Assembly: GCA_051313645.2 (NCBI GenBank)
Contig: JBNRSN020000026.1
Span: forward strand, 65,038,001 to 65,102,000
Origin: Centroscyllium fabricii
Lineage: Eukaryota
Direction: 5' to 3'
DNA: 64,000 bases
Both the position numbers and the translations under genes were made by a program. Below are positions 23,911-37,095 of the stretch, piece by piece. Position 1 is the first letter of the stretch; every line of letters starts with the position of its first letter. Below the pieces are notes generated by a model. That model searched no databases and had not been told where the DNA came from. It was given only the letters and a program-made list of their open reading frames with translations.

Positions 23911-24849
23911 GTTCATTTTGTAAGTTTGTCGCAGTTGATGCCCCACACTAATGTGACTACTTAAAACTCAAGGGTCAAAATCACTACGGACACGGTAGCT
24001 TCCATTTCCCCAGCATCTTCTAAATCAGGACTGACCTTTATAGCAAGATAGTGAATGTCTTGGCTCAGGGACTGGCAGAGTATATTACTCTCTTTCTACT
24101 ATTCTTGGGGCCTCAGAAAATCTACAGTCTTTGCTGTGGCGGTTTAGTTGTAAAACCCCAGAGACTGAGGATGCGAAGCACCCCCCCCTTCCTTTCAAAG
24201 CCTCTACTGGATTCCCAAATTCAGCTCCTTGACCTTTTCAAGTCCAACATGGACTGGAACTTGATGATCCTGGTTCCAGAGGGTTCCTCAAACTTTCAGC
24301 TTTTGGGTATTTGTCCTGCTGCCCTCCAAGTACATTGTCAGAAAGAGAGGTACAGGGTAAAGACCTCTTGCAACAGCAAGCCACCGACTCCTCAGTTTTG
24401 TTTCAAGTCCAGCACCGCATCATGATGCATCATCTCTACAGAGCAAGAAGTCTGGACCTCAGGGAAAAAAATCCAAAGGTCTGGATATGCACACGGAGCT
24501 AAATTGTCAGCTTTCAGTTAGCTTTGTGGATTTTAAAAGAACGCAACTGGGAAAAATATGCTGAAAGTCCAGACGCATTCAACTTAGGGCTGTCAGATTA
24601 TTTTTAAAAATTAATCGCGACCAATCTTTCGATTAATTTTTTTAATCTGTTAAACTTGCTTTTAATCGCATGTTTAAATAATACAGTTACTGCATGCATC
24701 TCATTCAAGTTTGTTTTATTACCGATATTATTACATGGAGTTAAATAGAAAAATGTGGATGTAATATTAGCAGCTATGGCGGGAGAGACACAAAATATGT
24801 AATATATTACCACGGTTTGCAGAGAAATATCAGTTCTATTCAACCAATA

Positions 24850-25244
24850 GGGCGGCACGGTGGCATAGTGGTTAGCACTGTTGCCTTACAGCACTAGAGA
24901 CCCGGGTTCAAATCCGGCCTCGGGTACTATCTGTGGAGTTTGCACATTCTCCCCGTGTCTGCGTGGGTTTCCTCCGGGTGCTCCGGTTTCCTCCCACAGT
25001 CCAAAGATGTGCGGGTTAGGTTGATTGGCCATGATAAATTGACCCTTAGTGTTAGGGGGATTGAATATGTGGGGTTACGGGGATAGGGTGGGATATGTGT
25101 GTCGGTGCAGGCTCGATAGGGATCGAGGGATATAGGGACAAGGCAGGGACAGGGTGCTGGGTTTGGATGATCAGCCATGATCTCATTGAATGGTGGAGCA
25201 GGCTCGAAGGGCCGAATGGCCGACTCCTGCTCCTAGTTTCTATG
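24850..25244 (+). mobile_element. HE1-like V-SINE, long-tail form
   Basis: Same head, V domain and tail as 22634. Confidence 0.9.
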
Positions 25245-25415
25245 CAGGAGTCTTGGAACCTTGCAGTCATGAGCAGCAGAACGTTTACAACAATTTTTAC
25301 ATTCAGTTGGAACAGAAGAAAACACAAATTGAGAGAGTGTGAATTTTAATGATGTATCTTTTATGAAAAACTGTCTTCGTTTCTAAACGCTACAAATTTT
25401 TTTTTGCTTCCACAG

Positions 25416-25484
25416 CTTGGCATGGAGGATGAAGACGTGGTTGAAGTTTATCAGGAACAGACAGGAGGATGGTTGAGAGTCTAA
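25416..25484 (+). CDS. SUMO1: Last coding exon of SUMO1 or a SUMO1-like gene
   Basis: Polypyrimidine tract plus CAG acceptor (ttttttttgcttccacag), phase 0; translates LGMEDEDVVEVYQEQTGGWLRV*, matching the SUMO1 C-terminus LGMEEEDVIEVYQEQTGG with the diglycine motif and the known last-intron position. Confidence 0.93.
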   Translation, partial: LGMEDEDVVEVYQEQTGGWLRV

Positions 25485-27245
25485 CTCCTGGTCACTGTAT
25501 CAGAATCCCGATCATCTGTATAATTTCTTTATTGTTTCTTGTTGGCTGTAATCACTGATTTTATATAAAAAAAAAGAAAAAAAATCAAGCAACTTTCTTT
25601 CATATGGTTTGTATGACACGTTGATGCCCAGCTGGAAGTTCTTATTTTCAGTATATACTATAATACAACCAATTCCGTATATTTAGCATAAATGGCCAAA
25701 AAAAAAAGGCCAACTGAGGTTTTTTTTAAATAGAAGTTTGTGACTTGAGTACCTTGGCTTTATAAATTCATATTTTTCATTACATAAATAGAGATCGTTT
25801 TGGAAGTGCTTTTTTTTTTCAAACTGTAGGACAAAATGGATTTAAGAATGCTGTGTAAAGGTTTCTTACATATAAAGATATGTTCTAAAAGATACATTCC
25901 CAAATGCCAGACTGAAATTTTAAGTTCAAAGCAGCAAATTATCCTGCTTTGTTGTTCTTAATTATTTGGCCAAACGAAATTTTAACGTTTTCTATTCAGA
26001 AACTTTTAGGGAGGGGAAAAAAAGCACCAACACTGCGCCATGTATAAGGTGGTGATGAACTCACGAGCTGTTTTTAAGAATGTGGTACAACGGCAGTGAC
26101 CATACAGTACTGCCTTTGTATTGCACATGACAACATCCCTGTGAAAAACAGAGTGACTGTGCCAGGATCATTGTTTATCACGCTGCTCCCTGTTGGTTTA
26201 ACCCTTTCAACCGCTTCAACCCATTTGTCTATTGGAGCGAAATGCTTCCGCGACACTGAAACCTTACAATTAACTTTGCACGGGTATCTTTTTCCCTTTT
26301 GTGAAATTAACGCGGTTAGTTTGTGTAATAGACACAAAAAAGCTGTTCAGTTCAAAACCTACTTCAAGGCAAACTGTACGGCAGACAGACTGTATCTGCC
26401 ACACTAGACTTTTCAGTGAAATCAGTCGGTGAAGGGGTTATGTAGAGATTATTTGTAGAAGGAAGTGGCTAGAAATAATTCAGATTTACTTGGTCTTGTT
26501 CATTTGTAGATACCAATCGATCTAGTTTAATTTCAGGAGAGGGTTTCTTTTAAGTGAATACCTCACAATTTACTTGCAATCTTTCACTGCTTCTTCATTT
26601 GCTGCCGTATAACTATCATAGCTGTTGCAACCTTTTAAAGAAATGAACACAAAAATTTAATTATTTGTATGTACCTCATATCCATTAGGCGTTTAAGTCC
26701 ACAAAATTACACACTGTTGGAAAGAAACAGTTTTGAGAATTTTCGAGAGAGCAGATATCGATAGCTGTACACTGATTTTAGGACGCTGTACTTGATAAAA
26801 TATGGGAGACATTTTTGACTACTCCTACATGGGTGTGATTCAGTCAGACTGGATTCGCTGGATGTGGTACAGAAAGGGGGAGGATGCTGTCTTTTAATTA
26901 GCTGTATGCAGACTATACCAGTGCAGTTCTTTGCCATTACAACCATGCCATCAGAAGAATTGTAATCATTTGCATAAACATGCTTGAAGCGTCTAGTTTA
27001 ACCCCAAGGAACCAACGAATATAATGTTGTAAGAGCAGTTTTAATTAAAAAAATAATTGTTGAAAAATCCTTTTGGTCATTTGATCTAAACCGTTAAGCG
27101 ACCCAGTTTTTATTTGTGTTTCCTTATGCTCATGGAATCCCCAAAATTTCTTACACCGTTCTTAAGAAGCTATGAATGAGGGTTGTTCAACTTTGTACAT
27201 AATCTTATGTTAAGATGCTGAATAAAAACATGTTGAGAAAATAAG
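25485..27245 (+). other. Probable SUMO1 3' UTR
   Basis: AT-rich, no recognisable transposons for about 1.9 kb after the stop; ends at AATAAA with upstream TGTA and downstream GT-rich tract. Confidence 0.65.
27221..27226 (+). terminator. Polyadenylation signal (alternative at 27331-27336)
   Basis: AATAAA preceded by TGTACATA (27194) and followed by TTTGTGTGTGTTT (about 27278). Confidence 0.6.
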
Positions 27246-27466
27246 CGACCAGAACACTTATTGAGAAAATGCTAGTCTTTGTGTGTGTTTAACAACACCC
27301 TCGCACTGAAACGTGTAAGTTATTTTCAGTAATAAAAGGCTGTTAGGTGGTAACTAATAAGTAGTGAGTTTGAGCTCTTTCCTTTCACTTCAAGGGCCCA
27401 AGTTAAAATTCAGCCCAGACTGATACGGTCAAAACCTTTGCCTGTTAGCTGACAGGGTTCTAAATG

Positions 27467-28102
27467 CTCACGATGCGGTCTCCTCTACATTGGGGAGACC
27501 AAATGCAGATTGGGCGACCGCTTTGCAGAACACCTCCGTTCAGTCCGTAAGGGGGACCCCGAGCTCCTGGTCGCCTGCCACTTTAATTCTCCGCTTCACT
27601 CCCACTCTGATCTCTCTGTCCTCGGCCTATTACACTGTTCCTCGGACGCTCAGTGTAAACTCGAACAACACCTCATCTTCGGATTAGGCACTTTACAGCC
27701 CTCCGGACTCAATATCGAGTTCAACAATTTCAGATCATAACTTCAGCTCCCATTATTTTTATCCGCGACCTTTTTTTTTTCTTCTTGTCTCTCTCTCTCG
27801 TAGCAGCCCCCTCCCATTCTGCTAGTGCTTTTCACACCTAATCTACATCTGTCTCCTGTCCACAGCCGCATCTGCATTGAATACCTCTTAACGTCTTTTC
27901 CTTTTGTTCTCTCTTCTCTTTGTTTTCTGTTCCCTCCCCGGCCTTCCTACCTCTTTCATTTCCTGGCTTTAGTCTTGACAAAGGGTTCGAACCCGAAACG
28001 TCGACTCTATATTTCTCTCCACGGATGTTGCCTGACCTGAGTTTTTTCAGCATTTTCTGCTGTTATTTCGGATTTCCAGCATCTGCAGTATTTTGCTATC
28101 GT
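27467..28102 (+). mobile_element. Penelope-like element, 5'-truncated: GIY-YIG endonuclease end plus terminal repeat
   Basis: CSRCGLLYIGET then, after a frameshift, LGDRFAEHLRSV...VACHFN...GTLQPSGLN; 15-bp direct repeat ACAGGGTTCTAAATG at 27452 and 28103. Confidence 0.9.
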
Positions 28103-28259
28103 ACAGGGTTCTAAATGAAATGAGTTTAGAACAATCTCAGCCTAGTTTGCTAATGAGTATTGAGTTTACAGCACAATACTTTCCATAATATGGAAATATA
28201 TTGACCACAATCATACAAGTGGCTGGTGTACACCCCTGTCACATCATACAAATCCCTGT

Positions 28260-28490
28260 CTCTGTAACCTCCAGCTATACAATCCTCCAAGATATTTGCG
28301 CTCCTCTAATACTGGCCTCTTTCGCATCCCTGATTTTAATCACTCCACCATTGGCGGCCGTGCCTTCAGCTGCTTAGGCCCTAAGCTGTGGAATTCCCTC
28401 CCTCAACCTCTCCGCCTCTCCTCATTTAAGATGCACCTTAAAACCTACCTCTTCTGACCAAACGCTTGGTCACCTGTCCTTATTTTGCTC
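28260..28490 (+). mobile_element. L2-like LINE 3' fragment
   Basis: GGCCGTGCCTTCAGC...CTGTGGAATTCCCTCCC (GRAFS...LWNSLP) and TTAAAACCTACCTC motifs. Confidence 0.65.
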
Positions 28491-28686
28491 GGTAGAAGAA
28501 AGACCGACTTGCATTTATACAGCACCTTTCATGACCTCCGGACGTCCCAAAGCGCTTTGCAGCCAATGAAGTACTTTGTGAAGTGTAGTCACTGTTGTAA
28601 TGTAGTTGATGTCAAATTTTCGTTTGGTAATGCCCCTCTGAAGCACCTTGGGACATTTTACTATGTTGAATGCGCTATATAAATGC

Positions 28687-28847
28687 CATGATGTGGAGAT
28701 GCCGGTGTTGGACTGGGGTGGACAAATGCAAGAAGTCACACAACACCAGGTTAAAGCTTCTCTTTCATCTGACGAAGGGGCCGAAGCTCCGAAAGCTTGT
28801 GATTTAAAATAAAACTGTTGGACTATAACCTGGTGTTGTGTGACTTC
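28687..28847. mobile_element. Penelope-derived partly fold-back mini-element
   Basis: Inverted arms GAAGTCACACAACACCAGGTTA / TAACCTGGTGTTGTGTGACTTC; 12-bp TSD CTATATAAATGC. Confidence 0.8.
28765..28802 (+). ncRNA. Minimal type I hammerhead ribozyme motif
   Basis: TCAT CTGACGA A GGGGC-CGAA-GCTCC GAAAGCT T GTGA. Confidence 0.7.
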
Positions 28848-31194
28848 CTATATAAATGCAAGTGGGAAATGGAAGATTCACAGTTTGTAGGAGTCGGTCT
28901 TCCGAATTTGCAGGATAAAGCACATTACTGACCAGAGTACAGGGAGGTGGACCCTGTACCTACCCAATGTTATCCCTTATCTAGGAATGCTCGATACTGG
29001 GACCCGGTGCTCACAGTGGAAAAGCATTCTACTCTTTGGCAAATCCTCCCACTCTCCAAAAATTGACATGTTTGAAGTATGTAAAGATTAATTGTACAAT
29101 AAATGCTATGGATGGTCCATTCCTTGCTTATTTCACTTAATGTTTTCACTGCTACAAATAAAGTGCATGGTTTTAATTTCAGAACTGAACTTTACATTTC
29201 ATACAGGTGTGGAAAATAAATGAAGGGCAAAGCTCAGTTTTCAGTGGCTGTATCAAATAACAAACATTTAAAAAAGGTCTCGCTCATTAGTGATCTCGGT
29301 GGCTTAATAATTGATCTTTGGAGGCTGGCATTTTCATGGGGTTCTGCCAAACCTGATCTAATTTAGCGCGGTAATGCAACATTACACCGTTTCTGGAAGT
29401 TGAATTGCCACCACCTTCGGCTGCTTTAAAAGCTCACTAGTGTGGATTAGCGTAAATTGCAATAGACAATTATAATAAAACACTGACCTGAAATTTGTAA
29501 TCCAAAAGAGAATGTCTAAGCTCTTCAAAAACACAGCGAACTAAAATGGTCCTGGATTATTTCTTTATCACCAAAGTAAGTTTCCAACAAAATATATTTC
29601 AGATCTGAAGAAAACCAATAAAATAAACTTTAATGTAATGTCACCAAAGCTGATGCATAATGAGAGAAATAGGAAAAAAAACGGAATCAACAGTTTTTTT
29701 AGGTGTACTCTGAACATCTGTATGTGTGCCAGGTAACACTTTCTGTACAGCATTTAATCTATTTTGGAGGTGGTATTACCAAGAGTTAGGAAATAGTGTG
29801 CAAGCTCAGCCAATGGCTGTGGCCTGGAAATTGGAACCTTCAGCACCGGCCGGTTTTGAAGAAGAAAATGGCGGCCGGCCCACTTCCAGCGAGGAACGCG
29901 GTGGCCGCCATATTGGGCAGCGCTGCCGTTGCCTGCGCTCACCGCAAGTATTTTAATGACAAGGAGCATGACGTCAGTCGCCGTGCAACGCTGCAGAGTT
30001 ATGTCCAGTCCAGTGAGACGGCTCATGGTGATTGCTGCAGAAACGCATCAGCAAATTGAATATAATAGCAAAGTACTGCGGATGCGGCCTGGCCGCTGAG
30101 TTTTTCCAGCATTTTCTGTTATTTCAGCAAATTGAATGCCTGTTCTATACATGTTAGATGCCAGTACTCAAACCGGAGCAGGTCAATGAGTTCTGGCACG
30201 TAATCTGTACCGAACATCATATGGTTACATACAGTCTGGGGAGCTTGTGCTGCATCAAAAGGTCTGATCCATTACTGTCGCTTGCAGTTGCGTCAGTAAA
30301 CTGGAAATGAAATGATAATTGGGCTTTGGAAATGTTTACTGTTACTGTTCCAAACATCCGTATTGAACAAGCATTCTGTTCCTCTGAAGTAACAGGTGTG
30401 TGCTTATTTTTCAATGAAAGGCGATCAAAGACTTTCCCCTATTTCTGAAGGAATTTGTACATCTGCATTTACTCTTACCGATACTCAGGTGTTCGGGTTA
30501 TCCAGTAAACCTTTCACATCTCCTGCTGTCTTCAGGGAAGAATGGATCACCTATGCTGACTGACATCCAGTATTGCAAACAAATCGCCCAATTCCAGTAC
30601 GCCATTGCCCTTTCAAGATGGTTATCCGAATATTTTCTAGAGAGATACACTCCTGAAAAGACTTAGGCCGGAATTTTCCAGGGGGTCAGCAGGTCGGATG
30701 GGAAATTTGATTTTTTTGACAGCGGGCCGGGACCCTGCTGTCAACCCACCGCAACGCGCCTTTCCCAATGTCGGGTCTGTCAGCACTGAGCAGACCCGAC
30801 GGGCAGCAGTGAGCGACCCAATTAAACTCATTAGAATTTAGTTGACATCATTAACAGGCTTTTTTAACTTACCTTTTCACTTTAACTGCATAGCCACAGG
30901 AATCACACTGTTCGGGGATCACGGCTGTCAACCTGAGGCGGGAGTTCAGTGGCCATTGCTCCGGCTGTCTCACCCGGGTCCTCAAAATCTGACCACGATC
31001 AGCTTCAACACCAGCAGCACCAACAACCTTCTCCGCAATCACTTGATGCTGCACAGGACACAGGGCATCAACACCTGAGCACATTGCTTCCCGGGAGTCC
31101 AGGGATGGCCTCACCATAGCCAGATTTACTTCACTTGATGCTGTCACATGATGTGCCAGGTTGACACCACCTCACATAAACACCATCAACAGGA

Positions 31195-31778
31195 ACATAG
31201 AAACAGGAGGAGGCCATTCAGTCCCTCGAACCTGTTCCACCATTTAATGAGATAGAATCCCTACAGTGCAGATAGAGGCCATTTCGGCCCATCGAGCCTG
31301 CACCGACACATATCCCATCCTATCCCCGTAACCCCACATATTTAATCCCCCTAACACTAAGGGTCAATTTATCCTGGCCAATCAACCTAACCCGCACATC
31401 TTTGGACTGTGGGAGGAAACCGGAGCACCTGGAGGAAACCCACGCAGACACGGGGAGAATGTGCAAACTCCACGCAGATAGTCACCCGAGGCCGGATTTG
31501 AACCCGTGCCCCTGGCGCTGTGAGGCAACAGTGCTAACCACGATGCCACCGTGCTGCCCATGGCTGATCTGCGCTCCAATTCCATACACCTGCCTTTGGC
31601 CCATATCCCTTAATACCTTTGGTTAACAAAAACCTATCAATCTCCGATTTAGAATTAACAATTGATCTCGCATCAATGGCTGTTTGCGGAAGAGAGTTCC
31701 AAAGTTCTACCACCCTATGTGTGTAGAAGTGTTTCCTAATTTCACTCCGGAAAGGTCTGGCTCTAATTTTTAGACTAT
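31195..31778 (-). mobile_element. CR1 3' fragment carrying a short-tail HE1 SINE (31253-31559)
   Basis: HSLKIRARPFRSEIRKHFYTHRVVELWNSLP; the SINE interrupts the 3' UTR. Confidence 0.85.
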
Positions 31779-34233
31779 GAACATAAGAACATAAGAAATA
31801 GCAGGAGTAGGTAATTTGGTCTCTTGAGTCTGCTCCGCCATTCAATAAGATCATGGCTGATCTACCTCAACTCCACTTTCCTGCACTATCCCCATATCGC
31901 TTGATTCGCGTAATATCCAAAAATCTATCTATCTCTGTCTTGAATATACTCAACGACTGAGCCTCCACAGCCCTCTGGGGTAGAGAATTCCAAAGATTCA
32001 CCACACTCTGAGTGAAGAAATTTCTCCTCATCTCAGTCCTTAATAGCCGATCCCTTATTCTGAGACTGTGACCCCTGGTTCTGGACTCCCCAGCCAGGGG
32101 AAACACCCTCCCTGCATCTACCCTGTCAAGCCCTGTAAGAATTTTGAATGTTTCAATGAGATCACCCCTCATTCTTCTAAACTCGAGAGAATATAGGCCT
32201 AGTCTACTCAATCTCTCCTCATAGGACAATCCCCTCATCCCAGGAATCAGTCTGGTGAACCTTCGTTGCACTCCCTCTATGGCAAGTATATCCTTCCTTA
32301 GGTAAGGAGACCAAAACTGTACACAATAGTCCAGGTGTAGTCTCACCAGGGCCCTATATAATTGCAATAAGATGTCTTTACTCTTATACTCAAATCCTCT
32401 TGTTATAAAGGCCAACATACCATTTGCTTTCCTAATTGCTGTACCTGCACATTAACTTTCAGTGATTCGTGTACAAGGACACCCAGGTCCCTCTGAACAC
32501 CAACATTTCCCAATCTCTCACCATTTAAAAAATACTCTGCTTTTCTATTTTTTCTACCAAAGTCGATAACCTCACATTTCTCCACATTATATTCAATTTG
32601 CCATGTTCTTGCCCACTCACTTAGCCTGTCTATCTCCCCTTGCAGCCTCTTTGCACCCTCCTTATAACTTACATGTCCACCAAGCTTTGCATCATCAGCA
32701 AATTTGGATATATTACATTTGGTCCCTTCATCCAAATCATTGATGTAGATTGTGAATAGCTGAGGCCCACACACTGATCCTTGTGGTACCCCACTAGTTA
32801 GAGCCTGCCAACCCGAAAATGACCCGTTTATTCCTACTCTCTGTTTTCTGTCCGTTAACCAATCCTCAGTTCATGCTAATATATTATCCCCAATCCCATG
32901 AGCCATAACTTTGTTGAATAAGCTCTTGTGTGGCACCTTATCGAATGCCTTCTGAAATTCCAAATGCACCACATCCACTGGTTTCCCCTTATCTATTCTG
33001 TTAGTCACAACCTCAGATTCGTCAAACATGATTTCCCTTTCATAAATCCGTGTTGACTCTGCCCAATCCGATTATTATTTTCTAAGTGCCCTGTTATCAC
33101 GTCCTTAATAATAGATTTTCCCTACTACTGATGTCAGGCTAACTAGTCTGTAGTTCTCTGTTTTATCTCTCCCTCCTTTCTTAAATAGTGGTGTTCACAT
33201 TTGCTACCTTCCAATCCGTGGGAACCATTCTAGAATCTATGGAATTTGGGAAGATGACAACCAGTGCATCCCTTATCTCTATAGCCACCTCTTTAAAAAC
33301 CCGAGGATGTAGGCCATCAGCTCCAGGGGATTTATCGGCTTTCAGTCCCATTAATTTCTCCAGTACTGTCTTTTTGCTAATACTAATTTCTTTCAGTTCC
33401 TTATTCTCACTAGACCCTTGGTTCTCCACTATTTCCGGGAGTTTTTTTGTGCCTTCTTCCGTGAAGATACAAAGTATTTGTTTAATTTCTCTGCCATTTC
33501 TTTATTCCCCATTATGTAATGTAAGGGACCCACATTTACTTTTGCTAATATTTTGCTTTTTACATACTGTAAAAAGGTATAGAAGCTTTTACAGTCTAGT
33601 TTTGTGTCTCAGTTTACTCTCATTCTATTTTCCCTTTTTAAAAATCAATTTCTTGGTCATCCTTTGCTGAATTCTTAAGTCCTTCCAATCCTCAGGCTTA
33701 CTACTCCTTCTGGCAACATTATAAGCTGCTTCCTTTAATACTATCTTAAATTTCTCTTGTTAGCCATGGTTGGACCATTTTTCCCGTGCTGTTTTTATTC
33801 CTTAAGGGAATGTATATTCGTTGCGAATTATTAATTATTTCTTTAAATGTCTGCCATTGCTTTTCTACTGTCATATCTTTTAATCCAGTTTTCCAACCTA
33901 CATTAGCCAACTTGCCTCTCATACGTACGTAGTTTGCTTTATTCAGGTTTAGGACCCGTGTTTCGGACCTAACTAAATCACTCTCAAACTCAACATAAAA
34001 TTATATCATATTATGATCACTGCTCCCCAGAGGCTCCTTTACTACAAGGTTATTAATTAACATTGTCTCATTGCACAGTACTAGATCTAAAATAGCCAAT
34101 TCCCTCTTAGGTTCCTTGACATACTGATCTAGAAAACTATCTTGAATGCATTCCATGAACTCTTTCTCTGCACTATTTCTGCAAATTTGGTTTGCCCAGT
34201 CTATATGAAAATTAAAGTCTCCCATGATTACTA
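31779..34233 (-). mobile_element. Decayed CR1 LINE ORF2
   Basis: ORF pieces 34001..34225 (MGDFN, SDH), 33181..33429, 32403..32774 (FADD), 31867..32418. Confidence 0.92.
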
Positions 34234-35790
34234 TGTGCCCCAGTCATAGAATCCCCAACCAGCGGAAATAATTTATCTTTATTTAACCTATTTGTTCCTC
34301 TTATTATCCTGAAAACGTTGATCAGATTACCCCATAACCTTCTAAATTCTAGGGAATATAACCCTGATTTGTGTAATCTCTCCTCGTAACTTAACCCTTG
34401 AAGAACGGGTATCATTCTGGTAAACCTACGCTGCACTCCCTCCAAGGCCAATATATCCTTCCTAACGTGTGGTGCCCAGAACTGCTCCCAGTGCTCCAGG
34501 TGCGGTCTAACCAGGGTTTTGTACAGCTGCAGCATAACCTCTACCCCCTTGTATTCTAGTCCTCTAGATATAAAGGCCACCATTCCATTAGTCCTTTTGA
34601 TTATTTTCTGTACCTGTTCATGATCTTTGTATCTGAACCCCCAAGTCTCTTTGGACATCCACTGTTATTAGCTTGTTACCATTTAGAAAGTACCCCGTTT
34701 TATCCCTTTTAGGTCCAAAGTGGATGACCTCACATTTGCTTACATTGAAATCCATTTGCCACAGTTTTGCCCATTCACTTAATCTATCAATATCCCGTTG
34801 AAATGTTATGCTTTCATCTACACTGCCTACAATGCCACCTATCTTTGTGTCATTTGCAAATTTGAATATATGACTTTCTATGCCATCAACTAAGTCGTTA
34901 ATAAATATTGTGAATAGTTGAGGCCCCAACACAGATCCCTGTGGGGCACCACTCGTCACTTCCTGACAATTTGAGTACCTGCCCATTATCCCCACTCTCT
35001 GTCTCCTGCCGCTCAACAAATTTCCTAACCAGGTCAATAATTTGCCCTCAATTCCAAGGGCTTCTACCTTAGTTAACAGTCTCTTATGTGGGACTTTATC
35101 AGATGCCTTCTGGAAATCCATATAAATAAAATCCACAGACATTCCCCTGTCCACTACTATAGTCACCTCTTCAAAAAATTCAATCAGGTTTGTCAGGCAT
35201 GACCGGCCTTTCATAAATCCATGCTGATTCTCTCTGATCAACTGAAAATTTGCGAGGTGTTCAGTCACCCTATCCTTAATTATAGACTCTAGCAATTTCT
35301 CCACAACAGATGTTAGGCTAACTGGTCTATAATTCCTTGGTTTCCCTCTCTCGCCATTCTTAAAAAGCAGAGTGACATGCGCAATTCTACAATTTAAAGG
35401 GACGGTTCCTGAATCGAGAGAACTTTGGAAGATTATAGTTAAGGCATCTGTAATGTGCTCACCTACTTCCTTTTAATCCCTGAGATGGAAACCATCTGGC
35501 CCTGGGGATTTGTCACTCTATGGGACCATTATTTTCTTCATTACTGTTAATTTACTTATGTTAATTTTATTGAGTCCCTGTCCCTGATTCAATATTAGTT
35601 TCTTTGGGATTTCTGGCATGCTATCCTCTTGCTCTACTGTAAATACTGACGCAAAGTCATTATTCAAGATGTCCGCCATTTCTCCATTGTCATTGACAAT
35701 ATCACCACTTTCAGTTTTGAAGGGACCAACATTGCTCCTGACCACCCTCTTTTTCCTCATGTAACTGTAAAAATTCTTCGTATTGATTTT
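34234..35790 (-). mobile_element. Decayed CR1 LINE RT region, separate copy
   Basis: ORFs 34618..35304 (QHGF, PQGSVLGP, FAND), 34212..34658, 35518..35880. Confidence 0.9.
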
Positions 35791-35899
35791 GGTAAGTATC
35801 CCTACAATGTCCAAGCCGTTCCTTTCACACTCACCACCATTGCGGGGAGGGGGGCGGGGGGGGGGACCATTATGTCTCACAATTCACTGCAACTCACTA

Positions 35900-36620
35900 A
35901 ACCACTTCCAAAGGTGCACACAAATCTGTCTAAGAACACAACGTGTTGAAAATAAAGGTTTCAATGCTTAACACCACATGAACAGAAACTTTACATGAAC
36001 ATTGGATAAAACACCCAAATGTCGATAGTTGATATGCTTGTACTAGGATGAGGGTGAGTGTGATGGGTGGCTAGTGAGATGGGGATGTGATAATGTAGAT
36101 AGATAGAGAGGGATGGGTGGAGGTGCAAGATAAGTAGGTGTGATTAAGGATGTGCAGGAGTAGGGTAGGGAAAGCAGAGTTATGGGGATGTGATGAGAGG
36201 CACAGCAGGAAGGTGAGTGTGGCTTTGTACTAACGTTTCGTGACTTACTGAGATCATTGAAAGGTTTGCGCCACTGCACCCAGGTCCTCCTGACCACATC
36301 CCTGCTTGTGACCTCCTCTGCAATGTGCAATCAGTCTGTGTGTTGGTCTCCTGGGGAGGTCTCTTCCGCCCATTGGAAGGGAAGAGGACCTCCCTGCGTG
36401 CCAGGGGTAAACCTGCAAGGGAAGTTAAATGTGAGGCTCCCAGCCTCATTATAAGATTTAAATGGACAACCTCCCTCCTGGGAACGGGTTGGCTGCTCGT
36501 CTCTTTCCCGCCTCTGTTATACCCGGAAGTGGGCAAGTTGGAGGCTGGTCGGGGTCAGGTTTGAGAATTATTGCATCTCACCCGACCCCAACCCACCCAT
36601 TTCTGGTGGTTAAAATTCAC
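35900..36620 (-). mobile_element. PIF/Harbinger relic with Myb/SANT-like DNA-binding ORF remnant
   Basis: ARREVLFPSNGRKRPP then IAEEVTSRDVVRRTWVQWRKPFNDL, a trihelix Myb/SANT motif; frameshifted. Confidence 0.7.
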
Positions 36621-37095
36621 AGAATCCACAGCACAGAAATGAGTCCATCGCAACGTTAATACACGGACGAGTCACCTCCCACTCTAATTGCCTCTTTCCA
36701 CCCTGCCCCCATTTCCCTCTATTCCCTTCTCCCTGTGTATACATTAAGTCTGCCCTTAAATGTGTCAATGCTCTCTGCTTCAAGCACTCCAGGTAGCAGC
36801 AAGTGCCAGATGCTTTTGTTGAAACAAGAATGAATTATCAATCAAATAGTATTAGTTCTTTTTTTTGCTGGAAAATTACTTTAAATTATTGGCTGTCCAT
36901 ATAAATCACAGCTAACCCTTTCCCTTCTAGCTCCAAATTTAGTTAAAAAAAATCTCTCTTCTGAGAAAGATTGCATAACACATTTGCTTAAACTTTGAAT
37001 AAAATCTTGGAAACTATTTACTGAACTTCTGTACGTTTCAATAAGGTAACTTTTGTTTGTTTATTAAAAGTTGCATATGTTGACAAATACACTAA

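Noticed and set aside
1-25400. Upstream SUMO1 exons
   Set aside because: No match to the expected GVPMNSLRFLFEGQRI or HFKVKMTT exons seen by eye; probably outside the window, though a tblastn is needed to be sure
30233-30620. Possible minus-strand coding exons (30233-30300 and a donor at 30478)
   Set aside because: Splice-like signals exist, but the upstream segment has stops in all three frames and no recognisable homology; at most non-coding
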